Of a stretch of DNA of 64,000 bases, positions 49,526 to 62,800 are shown in pieces (the stretch's first letter is position 1; each line of letters begins with the position of its first letter). Both the position numbers and the translations under genes were made by a program. The stretch spans positions 12,834,001 to 12,898,000 of the forward strand of contig NC_134025.1 in NCBI RefSeq assembly GCF_964204645.1, written 5' to 3'. Below the pieces are notes generated by a model. It was not told the origin of the DNA. It saw nothing but the letters and a program-made list of their open reading frames with translations, and did no database searches. Source of the DNA: Tubulanus polymorphus (taxonomy: Eukaryota; Animalia; Nemertea).

Positions 49526-51596
49526 TGTGGCGAAAATTGTCTATATCTGGGGTGGGTTTGACCCCAAAATGTCGGTCTTTTGGTGAAATTATATTATGTA
49601 TTTCGGATTGGCCTTAAGCCGTTCTTTTCTCTTTGTTTCTTTTTAGATGTACGTATTCCGGGACGGGGCTGAGTGTTCTGCGGCGATGTTTCGGGATCTT
49701 TTCGGCTCAATTTCAATCTGACAGATTTTTGGCAGTTCTGTCAGATTCCAATTTTGCGACCTGGGCAGGCCCCCGCGGTGTTGGCCACGCCACATCGCGG
49801 TGATATTAGCGATTTTTTTGGCGCCTGTCCAGGCCATTCTTTTATTCTCCACCTACCTATTAGTGTGTGTTCACCTTTTTATATTTGAGACCCAACTTCT
49901 TTGATTTTGGGCCGTTTTGGTTCCGTCTCGTCGCCGGAGAATTCTCCGTGCTCGTGTTTACGCTCGTTTTTACTTACATGGGCTGCCGATAAACTCGTCA
50001 CTTGCAATCCTGTAAATATTGTAAATTCTCCGTCAATTCATCGTCTGTTTAAATTCAATCCTTTGACGATGCCGACTTAACGCTCTCGTCGCTGTAATTA
50101 GTAATAGTAATAGTAATAATAATAGTATGGTATATCTTCTGTGCTATTTCCGTAATTTTACTCCGAGATGTCGTTTCTGCTGACCATGAAAATCGCCTGT
50201 ATTCAGTAACTCCTTTTTCGAACGAACACGCGGTCGTTTCTCCTCCTTGACGTCGCCTCTGAATTTCGACTCTTCGAGTTCGCATCAACGACATTTTGAA
50301 TTTGGCGCGCTGTCGTTGATTAACGACAACCCTCGTCGTTAACTATTTGACGCTCCGTCGTATAATTCTTATCGTTGATTAACGACAACGCTCGTCGTTA
50401 ACTATTTGACGCTCCGTCGTATAATTCATATCGTTGATTAACGACAACGCTCGTCGTTAACTATTTGACGCTCCGTCGTACAATTCTTATCGTTGATTAA
50501 CGACAACGCTCGTCGTTAACTATTTGACGCTCCGTCGTATAATTCTTATCGTTGATTGAAGACAACGCTCGTCGTTAACTATTTGACGCTCCGTCGTATA
50601 ATTCTTATCGTTGATTAACGACCACGCTCGTCGTTAACTATTTATCGCTCCGTCGTTAACATCTTAATCGTTGATTAGCTTCAACGCTCGTTTACTGAGA
50701 CCTAAGTTATATTAGATACACGCCGGAGTCCGCCGCGCCACAGCTTCTATTTGACGTTCGGTCGTCTCCTTTGTATGCTACCGTACATTGACTGTACCAA
50801 GGCTTTGCAAGCCATGAAGGGCACATTCTTTTTATATATCGAAATGTAAATAATCAAGGTGTTTTGCGTGTGGACATGATGTCCCCTTGGCATCAAGAAC
50901 GATGAACTTTGTATTATAAGAAAATATATATATTTAATAATTCGTACTACATTCCAATCAAACTTCGAATCTTGCGTTTATTTGATTCGCCGGCACTGGA
51001 AGGAAGGACGAGGATTTCTGTTGTTTTCCTGCTGCATCGAACCCATTTAGTTCTACGTGAGGATCGTTCCCCTATTGACCGTCGCTACGGACAACACTTA
51101 TGCATACGACTAGTTTGACAGATCTGGCATGAGTCGCAATTACCTCCTGAGATGACGGGGGACAGCTATGTGCGAGAGGGCACTTGGAATGGGGGTAGCC
51201 ATATCCGCCGAGTAATCAACACTGCGAGTTTCGTCCGAGGAAAGCCCCTAAAGCGGATTACTCTGAGGAGAGCGGGTTGGGGGGTCTGTATTGGCCACAC
51301 AGATTAAGGTTACGTGGAGTAGGGAGGCGACTGTTTGGAGGAGAGCGTACTGCTTAAGCGCCCTTTTTAGCGACATTTTTCAATAGAGGAACAGATTCTA
51401 CATATTTTATACCATTTACTTTCCTGGGGAAGACAAGAGTCTCCTTGCCGTATTCACTACCCGAGTGCGGTCGACCCAGGCGGACCCGTGTAGCGAGCGC
51501 CCCGGCACAGCAGAGGGACTAAGACTACGCTACCTATGGACAACAGCAGTCACTACCTGAATTACTATTTTATATGTTTACACTACAACCGCTACA
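49526..51596. mobile_element. Probable solo LTR (Gypsy-type), 2071 bp
   Basis: TGTGGCG...CGCTACA ends; 4-bp TSD CAAG (49522-25, 51597-600). Excision restores the Rep frame. Confidence 0.88.
50312..50691. repeat. 59-bp tandem repeat, about 6.5 units, with internal hairpins
   Basis: Unit starts at 50312, 50371, 50430, 50489, 50548, 50607, 50667; contains TTAACGAC-N7-GTCGTTAA. Confidence 0.95.
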
Positions 51597-52179
51597 CAAG
51601 GATCGTTAATAGATCAACCCATTTTGTTTCAGCAGCACTTAGACTGATAAACCATGTAGGTAGACCTAGTTGACGTATCATAGCGAAGACATGTTTCTTT
51701 TTCGACTCTAAATAAGCTGGAGAATTTCTTAGTGTTTTGAAGATATAATACCCATCATCCAAATTCACCAAATTATCATGACCAGATTCCTTACACAGAT
51801 CACCAGTATGGAGAGTCTTGCCTTTTGTTTTGAATCTTCGCACTGCAAATGCTCCTTTTCCAGACACTTGTTGCAATTGTAATTTACATGTTTTGAAAAA
51901 GAGATTTGGTACAGGCATGGCAGCTCTTCTATCAACTTTACACAGTTCCCACTTACATATCTGGCTATAATGAACAGATTATAGTCGTTCTGCATTAGGA
52001 CACCTCTTCTCACCACAGTATATTGTTGGGAAAGCTAATTCTTCAACAAACTCATCCTTTAAAATACTTAAAGGGCTCTGATTCTGACCTGGAGCAAATG
52101 ATATTATTCGATCTGTTTCATCAATAAGTAAAATGTCCAAATTGCCAGTTTTATTCTGTGTATCATCAATCTCACAAAA

Positions 52180-52899
52180 ATTGCAATACAATTCGCAGTA
52201 GAAATGTTACTTTGACTAGGTAGGTTCATTAAAGCAAAGTGTGGTTGAGGTGCTTCATTAAGAGCTGAATGCAATGTAGCATAAGGCGCTTCAGCCAATT
52301 CAGAAAATATTAAGCCATTAAATGATTTCATTTGCTTTAGATTAAAGGTCATATTGAAGCTTTTGATATATTCAGGTAAATCATCAAACATGAGATAATT
52401 ACCTCTACTTGGTAAATTCCTGTATAGCAGATCTCCACTATCGAGCACTACATTCATATCATTGGTATTCCATGAGGACAGTGGTTTATGTATTGCATAA
52501 GTCACTGCAAGTGCACAATTGGTTACACACTGTTTCCCAACATCTTCATGCTTGTATCTGTTTGTATCACTTTGACAAAATGAACCAAGCACACATTTCA
52601 ATATAACAGGACCAGGGTTTGTTTCAATGTCACCTGAAAGTAATAACGTTATCATAAGATAATACGGTAGAACTGTTTTCCCACTAAAACCTTGTTGTAT
52701 GAGCAATATCAACCACATTTTCAAAATATAAGTTTGCAAATAAAGTTTGCTAAAAGGATCAATTGCAGAATCATTTTCCTTGGATATTGTAAGCATTTCA
52801 TCAAAGTGTACATACTTCTTTAATTTCCGAATTCGCTTTCTTCGACTCATGTCTATCATTCCAGGAATAAAACACTCACTGTCACATGAATCATCAATA
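52180..52899 (-). pseudogene. Helentron N-terminal region: 2A-like motif followed by herpes-tegument (C76)-like cysteine protease
   Basis: LLLSGDIETNPGP (52646-52608), then VLGSFCQ...GKQCVTN...W...DMN.VL..GD.LY. The domain C-terminus appears deleted near 52180. Confidence 0.8.
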
Positions 52900-53152
52900 A
52901 GAATGTGTAAAAGTGCTGATTTTGGTGAACAAAAATGGCTGCCAGTCGGCCATCTTGAATCTGACAGGGCCAGTTCTTGGGCTGAAGATGTGTCTAGGGT
53001 AGATACATGTGTAACTCAAATATTAAGACATTACATTGAAGCGTTTTCAAAACTTCCCAAAATAACTGGATTCCGTCTACGGACGGACGGACGACGGACG
53101 AAAAGTGAACGCAATAGCCCGCTGGGATTAAAGTCCCAAGTGGGCTAAAGAG

Positions 53153-54399
53153 AACTAGGGGTCCAGGGACACCATGCCCACTTGGGAAGTGGTTCCAAAT
53201 GCTCAACAATCTAACAATTTCAATATTCAACGCCCCCTGGTGACCATATACAGAATCAAATGACCTTGAAACTCACCACAATCATAAAACATGTCAGCAG
53301 CTACGATTTTGTAATTGATTGTGATAACAAAATATGCCTCGTTACCACTTTAATATGGAAATACTAAGTTATTCTACCATTAAACGCCTATTCAAAACCA
53401 AATGACCTTGAAACTCACCACAATCATAGAACATGTCACGAACTATAACTTTGTAATTGATCATGGTAACAAAATATGCCTAGGTACCAATATAATAAGG
53501 AAATACTAAGTTATTCTACTATTCAACGCCCCCTGGTGACCATATAGAATAACTAATGGCCTTAAAACTTGCCACAATCATAGATGATGTCATGAGCTAC
53601 AACTTTGCAATTGATTGTGGTTATAAAATATGCATTGATACGAATATAATATAGAAATACTAAGATATTGCATTATTCAACGCCCCCTGGTGGCCATATA
53701 CAAAAACCAATGACCTTGAAACTCACCACAATCATAGAACACGTTATGAGCTACAACTTTCTAAATGATTGTGGTAACAAAATACGCTTAGGTATCAATA
53801 TAATGTGGAAAAACTTTTTCCCACTTACGAATGAGTACTGCTGACACCAAGATGGCCGCCAATTGCGTCATAATTGGCTGATGAAAAATACCTGTCTCAG
53901 GTATAAAACTTCCCTTTCTAAAGAATACCCATCACAAATTGTAATGAGAAATGATAAACCAGTAGGAAGCTACAGGACTCAGAATTTGGGCCAAAATTAA
54001 CATTTTTGGGCACTAAAAAGGTCATAGGACGGCCATCTTGAGTCCGATCGACCCAATTTTTGTTATGCTGATGGGCCCTGGGGGAATTCACATATATCCG
54101 AAAGATCAAGGTAATTGATCAAAGCGTCTTCAAAATGTCCCTCAAAAAGTTCAAAAATGTGTAAAAAGTGCTGATTTTGGCGAACAACAATGGCTGCCAG
54201 TCGGCCATCTTGAATCTGACAGGGCCAGTTTTTGGGCTGAAGATGTGTCTAGGGTAGATACATGTGTAACCCAAATATCAAGACATTACCTTGAAGCGTC
54301 TTCAAAACTTCCCAAAATAACTGGATTCTGTCTACGGACGGACGACGGACGAAAAGTGAACGCAATAGCCCGCTGGGACTTAAATCCCAAGTTGGCTAA
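53153..54399 (-). mobile_element. HINE family A copy 2, uninterrupted
   Basis: Reverse complement of 33316-33450 plus 38691-39835, including subTIRs, (GTCC)n, the 154-bp array and the 3' hairpin. Confidence 0.9.
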
Positions 54400-55769
54400 C
54401 AAAACGAAGTGAAACGAGTTTCCGCTACAAAGCCCCCCACCAGCCCTGAGCAACGCGCTCAGAAAAGGCGAAACGCACCAGATAAAACAAATTACGTAAT
54501 TTTATAAAATTTAATATTATTCAATTAACCGACACAGCGGACAGTCCAACGGGACTCCGACCAGCACGCAGAACTCGATGCGGTTTCCACGAAACTCGTG
54601 TAGGTGTCGGACGGAGCCGGAACCATTCATATCAGCGACAGGTCGCTCCGCGTCGGATGGCTCCTTCGAAAACGCCGGAACAGTAGATTCAACCGCTATG
54701 GCGGCAGAGGCTTCCACGGTGACCGCGTCCTCGGGGACGGGCGTTGACGTACGCGTTAACAACGACAAGTTAATACGTTCTTCGGTGCCTTCTAAAAGGA
54801 CCGCAGTTGTGACATCGAAGCTGCACTCCATAGCGGGTTCCTCAGGCAGCGGAATGTCCAAGCAGTCGTACAGCGATGGTGTCGCAAAAGGCGGGGACTT
54901 GGCGGCGGAGGAACATACAGCGGTGGCGGAAGAAATTGGAATCGCTGCGGGGGTTCCGACGTGACGGTTTCCACGGTCTCGTTCAGCCCGACTTCTGAGA
55001 CGAAACTTGCAGTTGGAAGACCCGGGAAGATGACCCGAGGTGCTTCCTCAGGTACGCAGGAACGCACTAATCCAACATACCTGTTGTTATTTCGGCGAAC
55101 CTTTTCTTGATGTGACTTGATGTGAATGTGGGTGATCACGCAAGTCACCTTCGGGTTGCTGAACTCGCACAACTTACACGAAAATACAGTGCCGGCAGGG
55201 TAGGATTTTCGGCCGAACAGGTTCCATGAACACGATATGGGCATATGTGGTCCATAGGTCCTGATGTATATAGCTGTACATGGTAAGGCAGTGTCCTTGC
55301 TTTAAATTGGGGAGGCTGTGGAACAAACGCATCTAACTGGGAATTTGTTTAACGTCTTTTTGCTCGTTTATTTCATATGTTCAAACTCTGTTTACGCAGC
55401 ATAGTGTCAGTGTTAGACTTATACACGACTGGAATACTTGTTTTATCATCATTAATTGAAGCATTTGCGATCCGTTTTGGTGCCTGATTATTAGTATTAG
55501 TTTGTTAACTGCGGCACAGTGATGAGTGTGAACTATAAACTGCCAACAACTATCAATAACTATCTACTTGTGTCGAGACTTCTGAATTTATTGCATCTCT
55601 CATCAAATTTTCCCTGTATAGGAAAAAATGACTAAGTCGATGTGCAAAAGCACTCAAATCAATGGGAAAAGCACATTTCGGCCTGAAAACATTCAGGGTG
55701 GGAAAAGACATTTTCTCATTAAATTTTCCCCATTTGCAGACTAACCCATCAAATACCCTAGGGCCAGGG

Positions 55770-56142
55770 TACATGTCACGAAATAGAGTGCCAGCATGGT
55801 CAGCAGCAGCTAACGGGAAATTATGTTTTACATGAAACATGGTAAATAGGACTTCCGCTTTGGTCGTGCCATCAAAACTGAGGTTTTTTGAAAAATGTCC
55901 AAATCCGTTTATTCTTACTTGTCTCTACATGTTTGTAGAAGAACAGTGTTTCTTCACATCGCAAATTCCGTCGTGTCTGACGCTTTAAACTCACAGCAGC
56001 AAACAGTGCACAAAGCGAAATGTATTCCTTTTTTGCTGCTAGTGACGCAAGGGAAGGCTGACGAATATGATAGTTTAAACTGTTGCATTCTTATCTTCTT
56101 ACTTGGTGGTCGTCCCTCTCCCTGAGTCTCTCTCGGAGGCAA
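55770..56142 (-). pseudogene. hAT transposase N-terminal fragment (zinc finger)
   Basis: FALCTVCCCEF..., AEVLFTMFHVKHNFPLAAADH...RDMYP; parallels the hAT ORF at 59851-60300. Confidence 0.65.
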
Positions 56143-56254
56143 GTCACTTACAACTGAAGTTATAAGTTTAGTTATTTTACGTCATTCAAGGGATGTATTA
56201 AAATTATGAACATTTGTTCAGACAAAAGGCCCATAATCAATTTTTCGAATATTT

Positions 56255-56916
56255 TTATTTTCTTCTCAGGGACGCAATCTCGTCATCAGGTGTCTTCGAG
56301 ACTATCTGCCTGACATATGAATCGGATTGCTCCTTCTTGCGTTCGATCAAGAATATTCCTTCGAGTTGAAGCGCGTGAGTGATTAAATCATCTAACGTGT
56401 CGATGTCTAACTGCCACAGTCGGAGTCTCATCTCTGCATCGGGCAGTGCCTCAATAAAGCGCGAACCGGCGAGTCTCTCTCGCTGCACTGGATCTAAATC
56501 AGGATATGCACGGGAGCAGAGGACTACAATGGACTGACCTAGCTCTTTCGTTACGTTTACGGGCACGTCGCATATGGCTTCATAATCTCGCATCTGGACT
56601 GGGGATAATTTAACACAGACTCCCTTAGAGAAGCAAATAAAAAATCTGCTTATTTATCTTCTGGCCAACCATTAAGGCGGCTCACGGTTTCAAAGCTCAA
56701 CCGGTAGTCCTGCCAGGAACCATCGCCCGAATAACTTTCTGGTTTTACATTGCAGGTCGCAAAGTTACGCCATGGCGCAGTCAGAATGCCCTCACAAGGA
56801 ATATCGTGACGATCTCTCAATGGAGACATCTCATCTCGGGGCATACTCAAATGTTCAGTACTACGGCTGCGCGGACCAAGCGAACGCGAAGAAGCACAAG
56901 TTATCGGACGGCTCAT
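56255..56916 (-). pseudogene. Gypsy gag, broken
   Basis: KPESYSGDGSWQDY...FE.VS.LNGW; RAYPDL....ERLA..RFIEAL. Confidence 0.8.
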
Positions 56917-59850
56917 CTTAACGGATTTTCTTACACAAAACTATGAGATAAAGACAAACTATAATAACCCCTTACCATTTGACAACGTGTAATCAACTTA
57001 TACTAGTATAAAATAGATCTCCGGGCATCCACTAAAAATATCACAATAGCCAAGAGATTTATGATAAATCATCCCACCGCTGCCACCATTTTTGTAGCGT
57101 AATGGGGAAAGAAAATTATGCGCGGGCATACAGCATCCGCACAGGTGTCATATCGCGGTGTCATATGTCTTCTCAGGGAAGCGGGTTGGCACGCTTTTGG
57201 TTACGTGGTTCCTCATAGTAGCGTGAACAACAAGGGAACAATCAGCGTCGCTACATAAGTTCGCTGATGTCGAATGGATTCTGGGAGGGAATCCGAAAAG
57301 GGTTGGATAACCACCTCCGTCAGGGAGATTATCGTCCTCACGAATGGCTATGTGGTCAGTCGAATCCTCGAAGGAGGGCGCCTCTCCTTACGCGGAAAAG
57401 TCAAAATCTGGTGAGTGGTCGGAATGCCTCGGAAAAAGGACCAAAACCACAAAAATGAAAACGGGTGATGTATGTATACATATTGATGGGTCCACAACTG
57501 AATTTTATTGATTAGAACAGAAGAATAATGAAATTTATATGATGTATATGTACAATGATATTATGAAATGTCGTCTTAAAGAATTAAGGGGACACACAGT
57601 CACGCAGCCTTTAAATACATGACAAAAAGACGTAAATGATCGATCTTGCAAGATCTCAAAAGAATATAGTAATCAGCTAGTAATAAATTTCATTTTACAA
57701 ATATATACCCTTTCTTGTTAAGTGGCATCGAAAGAAATCATCGATTGAGAAGGTTCCAGTACCGAAGGGCGGATCTAATGGGAAAAAAATCAATAGAGTT
57801 GGTCAAGGAGACCATAATCAGACCGGTTCTACTATCTACATTTTAATAAAGCGCACTCGGACCGAACCGAGGAAGTAAATGCGACAGGAGTTTAACATTT
57901 CACATAATAGGCTCCCCAATGGATGGCAAATAAAACAGCGATCGGTTCAGAACACAGTGGTTTGCCTCGCAGCCCATGGGACCGCAGACCCTTCAACCCT
58001 TCCGATTTATCCGGAATCGTTACGTATTTTCGAACCAATATCCGCATTCCGTTTGCCGGTGGAAAAATTCCGGAAATTTCGTGAGTGAAGATCGACAGGC
58101 GATACTGGACCGTAAAAAGCGTCCTGAGCCGTAAAAGCGCTCATTTATAGTATCCCTGCCGTACATAAAGAAAATTGATTGTCTATCTGAAATCAGCGTC
58201 AAAGTTTGTGAAATGCATATTATATACATACAGCACTAGCATCGTATTGATTTTTCCTATCTAACGGCGCGAGTCTGATGGGAAAAACCCCAGTACCAAG
58301 TAGTCTATATTTACCTGAATCAAACACGCTCGCTACGGCGCTTTTTAATTCTCTCGTCCTTTGCGACTACTTCGCGGAGATTGCGTATTTAAATGAAAAT
58401 AGCGTTAAATTATCGCATTTAACTATTAGTGACGATACTTGAAAAATTTTGAAAATCAATCGATTTGCAATGGGCTAACTCGATATCGGTTTCACGCGAT
58501 CCTCAGTGCGTCCACTTTATGTGTTGTGTAAGGCGCCGGACCTACCGCGCCATTTCATTTGCGTTTCACTCTTATCGTAGCGGCTCTAACTTCTTGGTCA
58601 AGGATCTGCATTTTTAATCGTAAGTAAGCAATGTGCCTTGTTTATTAATTAATCAGAGAGTAAGTTGATCATGCTACATTATGATATCTTCCGCCGATTT
58701 TATCGACGAAATTTTGAACGTTCTCCTGTCACTAGATTTAAACCAATCCAATTATATAAAATTTTATTATATCGTCAATTTATCATGATTAAGTACTTCA
58801 TTCAACGTGTATGGGTAGAATAATATGTTCAATCGTGTGATTTTCACTAATCATTCCCTACTGAATTAAATTTGAGATGTCACGTAATAGTTTGAAAAAA
58901 GAATATTTATAGCTTGCCTAAGCCTTCGATACAATGTTCCTTTCATCGGGATCCTACAATTTACTAGTCAGTAACCTGTCTGTGGTTTAGTTTCACAATC
59001 GGATATTTTCACAAACCACAGTCAGGAATGGGAAGGTCATTTTTGTATGAAATCTTCGTCAGCCAATTTGACTGACGAGTAATTTGCCTGGCATTTCATT
59101 GTCTCTTAAGATATCCGTCTATTTTTTGTTGTAATCGACGCACAACAGATTCGTAGTTTGTCTGATACCTATAACACCTCACCTGACGATCTTAATCCAT
59201 GTGCAAATCGGCCGTAAAGTGAGAGTAAATTTCCGTCGGGTCAACAGCTGCCATTTTGAAAATTACTGGAGGTGCTGGCACCTGTGGACTGAGGCGAGGA
59301 CAACAGCACAAACTAACGAAGCGAAACGACGAAATTGAAAAAAATTAAGAAATCAACACTTATTCACATTTTTCTTTTACCAGAATTTATTATTTCATTA
59401 TTTATTATGGAAAACACGAAGATTTGAAATATAAGTTGGAAAACCATCAAAAATAAAAATTGTCGTTTCGTCTCGGAAGTTTTATATAAATCCTTGTAGG
59501 TCCCCTTGTCTTATCATGCCACATGTGCAATACAGAGAAATGGCGGCCAGTGGCGAAATTGGTGGAGAAATTAATTAATTTCTCAAAATAATGTTGATTA
59601 ACCACTCGAAACATACATAAAATTGGATTATTTCGAAAGGTACCTGTGTTAGTTTGTGAATTAAGCCATTAATTGTGGACTGAAGTGAATAGAAAGTATA
59701 CTTTTGAAGTGTTACTTTTTTCAACCGTGTTTTGGTCCTTGTCATCCCTAACGTTGGTATAAGCCCATCCGATTATAAAAAGCTTACCACCAACGATTAG
59801 GTAACTAACTAACAATTTACAAGCTATTGTTACTCATATATTTTCAGGAA

Positions 59851-62800
59851 ATGGATAACGGGGAGAGCAGTGATTCTGATGTGGAAATCCCGAAGAAAAA
59901 AGCAAAGACAACATCAAGGGCTTATCAAAAATACTTGGTGGAATATAGTGTTCTCTTCCCTGATGTGACGCATTCGACGACGATAGATAAGCACTTTGCA
60001 TATTGCAAAGTGTGCAAAACCGATTTTTCTATCAAGCATGGAGGAAGAGATGACTGTCGCTGTCATTGTCAGTCAGAAAAGCATAAGGACTACAAACGAA
60101 TATTATCCTCTAACCAAAATTTATTCGCGACAGGATTCAGCGCTGTGGATACGAATGATAGTGATCTAACTCGCATTGTAAATGCGGAACTTCTGTTTTT
60201 ATCTTTTTTGATTGAACATAATCTGCCATTTTCGATCATGGACCACGTAAACCATTTAATGAAAAAATGTTTCCAGACTCGAAGATAGCTAAAAAATTTA
60301 GCTGTGGGCACACGAAAGGACATAATGTTATCGAAGCTATGGCTAAGGACTCTGTGACAAAGGCAATCGATGCTTTGAAAGTGGCCCAAACATTTACCCT
60401 CGCCTGTGATGGTAGTGATGAGGGGGATGATAAATTATATCCAGTTATTTTACGGTTTGTGAATCCGAACGCCTTGGTACGTAGTGTTTTGATATCTATT
60501 CCGTGTATAAACGACCTGAGTTCTGGAGAAAATATCTACAAAATGTTGGACAAAGAACTACAGAAATTTGATCTCGAATGGAAGAACTGTTCAGCTTTTT
60601 GTTCAGACAATTGTAATGTAATGACTGGAAGCAAGAAAGGCGTAATTGCTTATATACGAAAGCAAAATGAAAACGTTTATTTATCAGGGTGTCCTTGTCA
60701 CCTGATACATCTGGCTGCTGAAAAGGGAGCAAAGGCATTTAGTCTTCTCAGTATCGAGGAACTGCTTGTTGACATTTTCTATTATCTTGATAAGAGCACC
60801 AAAAGAAAAAATAGCCTAAATGAATTCCAAAAGATTTGTGGCAAAGAAGAAATGAAGATAATAAAACATGGGGCAACACGCTGGCTTTCTTTGGAGAAAG
60901 CTCTCACACGTCTGCTTGAGCAATGGATACCATTGCGTAAATTTTTTGTAGAAGAATGCAAGGACCACCCAGATGCATCATCAAGGTAATTCGATCATGT
61001 TAGACTCTAGGTAGAAATCCACATTTTACATAAAAAGATGGATGTGATGAATGAAATAGGTTTTTAAAAAAACTTAATGCAAACTAGGCAAGAGTCTTTT
61101 CTTGTGTCTTGTAATAATAATTGAAGACTCTTGCATGGTTTGCATTCAGTTTTTTTCAAACTTACTTTAGAAACATCCTTCCCTGATTGACCTAACGTTT
61201 CTGACGGAAATTTGATACTTCTATTTTCAGTGATCGGAAAGTACGGGCTAAAAAAAAACTGAATTCATCATTAACCCGATTGGTCTGCTATTTCCTTCAA
61301 AGTGTGCTTCCAGTTTTTAATCAGGCTAATGTCTTGCTGCAGTCCGAAAAGCCGATGGTACATCAGTTGAAGCCAACCCTCATGGGTCTATTGCGGAAGT
61401 TACTTATCCGGTTTATGAAACCAAGTGCCATGTCATCGTGCTCTGAACTCGATGTCAAGTATGCTCTTAGTTATAATATTCTACCCGACAAAGACATAAT
61501 GATTGGTAGTAGTGCATTGGAGTACATGTCACAGTCAAAAGGACTGAGTGATGATGACAAAAAAAGTTCTATAGTAATGTTCGCCAATATTATATCAATG
61601 CTTGTGACTACATAAAGAAGAATTTCCCACTGAATGATAAACTGTTGGGTCACGCAACAGTTGCTGATGTGTCAAAGCGTGAAACTGCACATGTGTCGAG
61701 TCTACTTTATTTTCTTGATTGGTTCCCTTCTATTGTACCAGTCAACGAATCCATAGGAAATGCTGCCTTTATAAAGGATGCTATTCAGACTGAATTCATG
61801 GAATATCAGTCACATGCATTTAATGAGAAATTACTGTCTATTGACAGAGTTGATGAGCAATGGCAAGAGATAGGGTTGATAAAATCAATACATCATGATC
61901 AACCTGTTTTTTGACGCCTTATAAAACGTTACCATTATGAAACCTAAACAACGTTAACCATTCAGCGTCATTTTACAAACGACAACCGTAAATCGATGTG
62001 CAAAACGTCACAGGTTTATGTGTACACATACAAGCTATTCGGCAAACTATTATTGGTAAAGATGTAGAATGGCTCCCTGTGATTATATAATGACCTCTAT
62101 TCGAACGTCGAAATGTTATATTGCATTGATTATCATGAGAAGACGTATTGTAATAGTAAAGGATGTATGATTATATCAGGAGCGGCAGGCATAAATAGAA
62201 ATGATAAGTAAATCGGATTATTCGGTTAAATGGCGGATGTATACACGATGCGGAAGTCTGATATAAAAGTCAGACTCTGACATGGGGATGCTAGTGGAAT
62301 GACGGAGCTATCTACGATCTGAGTAGGGCCGGCGTGAATTATTGGCCCTTACAAGCGGTCTATATAAAAACGTGTAAACATATAATTTCAATATTCAAAT
62401 GTTTTAGAAAATATGTTCGATATTAGAGGTATGCAGGTTTCATGAGATAAGCAATTTATAATAGCATAGCTGTCATATACGGCTCCGCATCCACTGATGG
62501 CATGTTTATAAGGTGACAATTCAATTCAATGCTTTATTGATCCTTATTACATTGAAATTCCGGGATAAAATTCCAAAATTCAATAAAGTTACAAATTTTA
62601 AAATAAGAAAATACAAAATACAAGACACGGGTAATTCATACAGAATAACATGAATAAGTTATTTAAATGACAATGTCTACTTCAACCCAGATTCAAGTCT
62701 AGGATATCGAGTGACAGCCAAACCGGGCCCCAGGACCGGGCCAACTGGCTACACGATATGCTCAAATTCATGATGAAGCAGACATCAGAAGAGCTCTTTC

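Larger units (their letters stand above)
48240..52180 (-). pseudogene. Helentron Rep (HUH endonuclease), split by solo LTR
   Basis: FAPGQ..., EELAFPTI, LRNSPAY, AMIRQLG.PTWF.SLSAAE..W, RVEMQQRGSAHIH (Ser typical of Helentrons), Q.HKHS.TC, CRFGFP, QFVLDPY, AQEAAY. LLTIL|GKLID rejoins across the LTR. Confidence 0.92.
46896..53149 (-). mobile_element. Decayed coding Helentron (rolling-circle transposon)
   Basis: The 5' end (53149-52900) matches the HINE A 5' end, followed by 2A + protease, Rep and RPA-like gene. Helicase/endonuclease region absent; 3' end not found. Confidence 0.85.
54400..57984 (-). mobile_element. Gypsy remnant 2 (LTR part, PBS, gag, no pol, PPT, 3' LTR stub)
   Basis: LTR edge at 57093, tRNA-Leu-type PBS TGGTGGCAGCGGTGGGAT (57088-57071), PPT GGTGGGGGGCTT then TGTAGCGG at 54429. 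The 3' LTR is cut by the HINE; right boundary approximate. Confidence 0.75.

Noticed and set aside
50312-50691. CRISPR array
   Set aside because: The sequence between the palindromes repeats rather than varies, there are no cas genes, and the context is a eukaryotic LTR.
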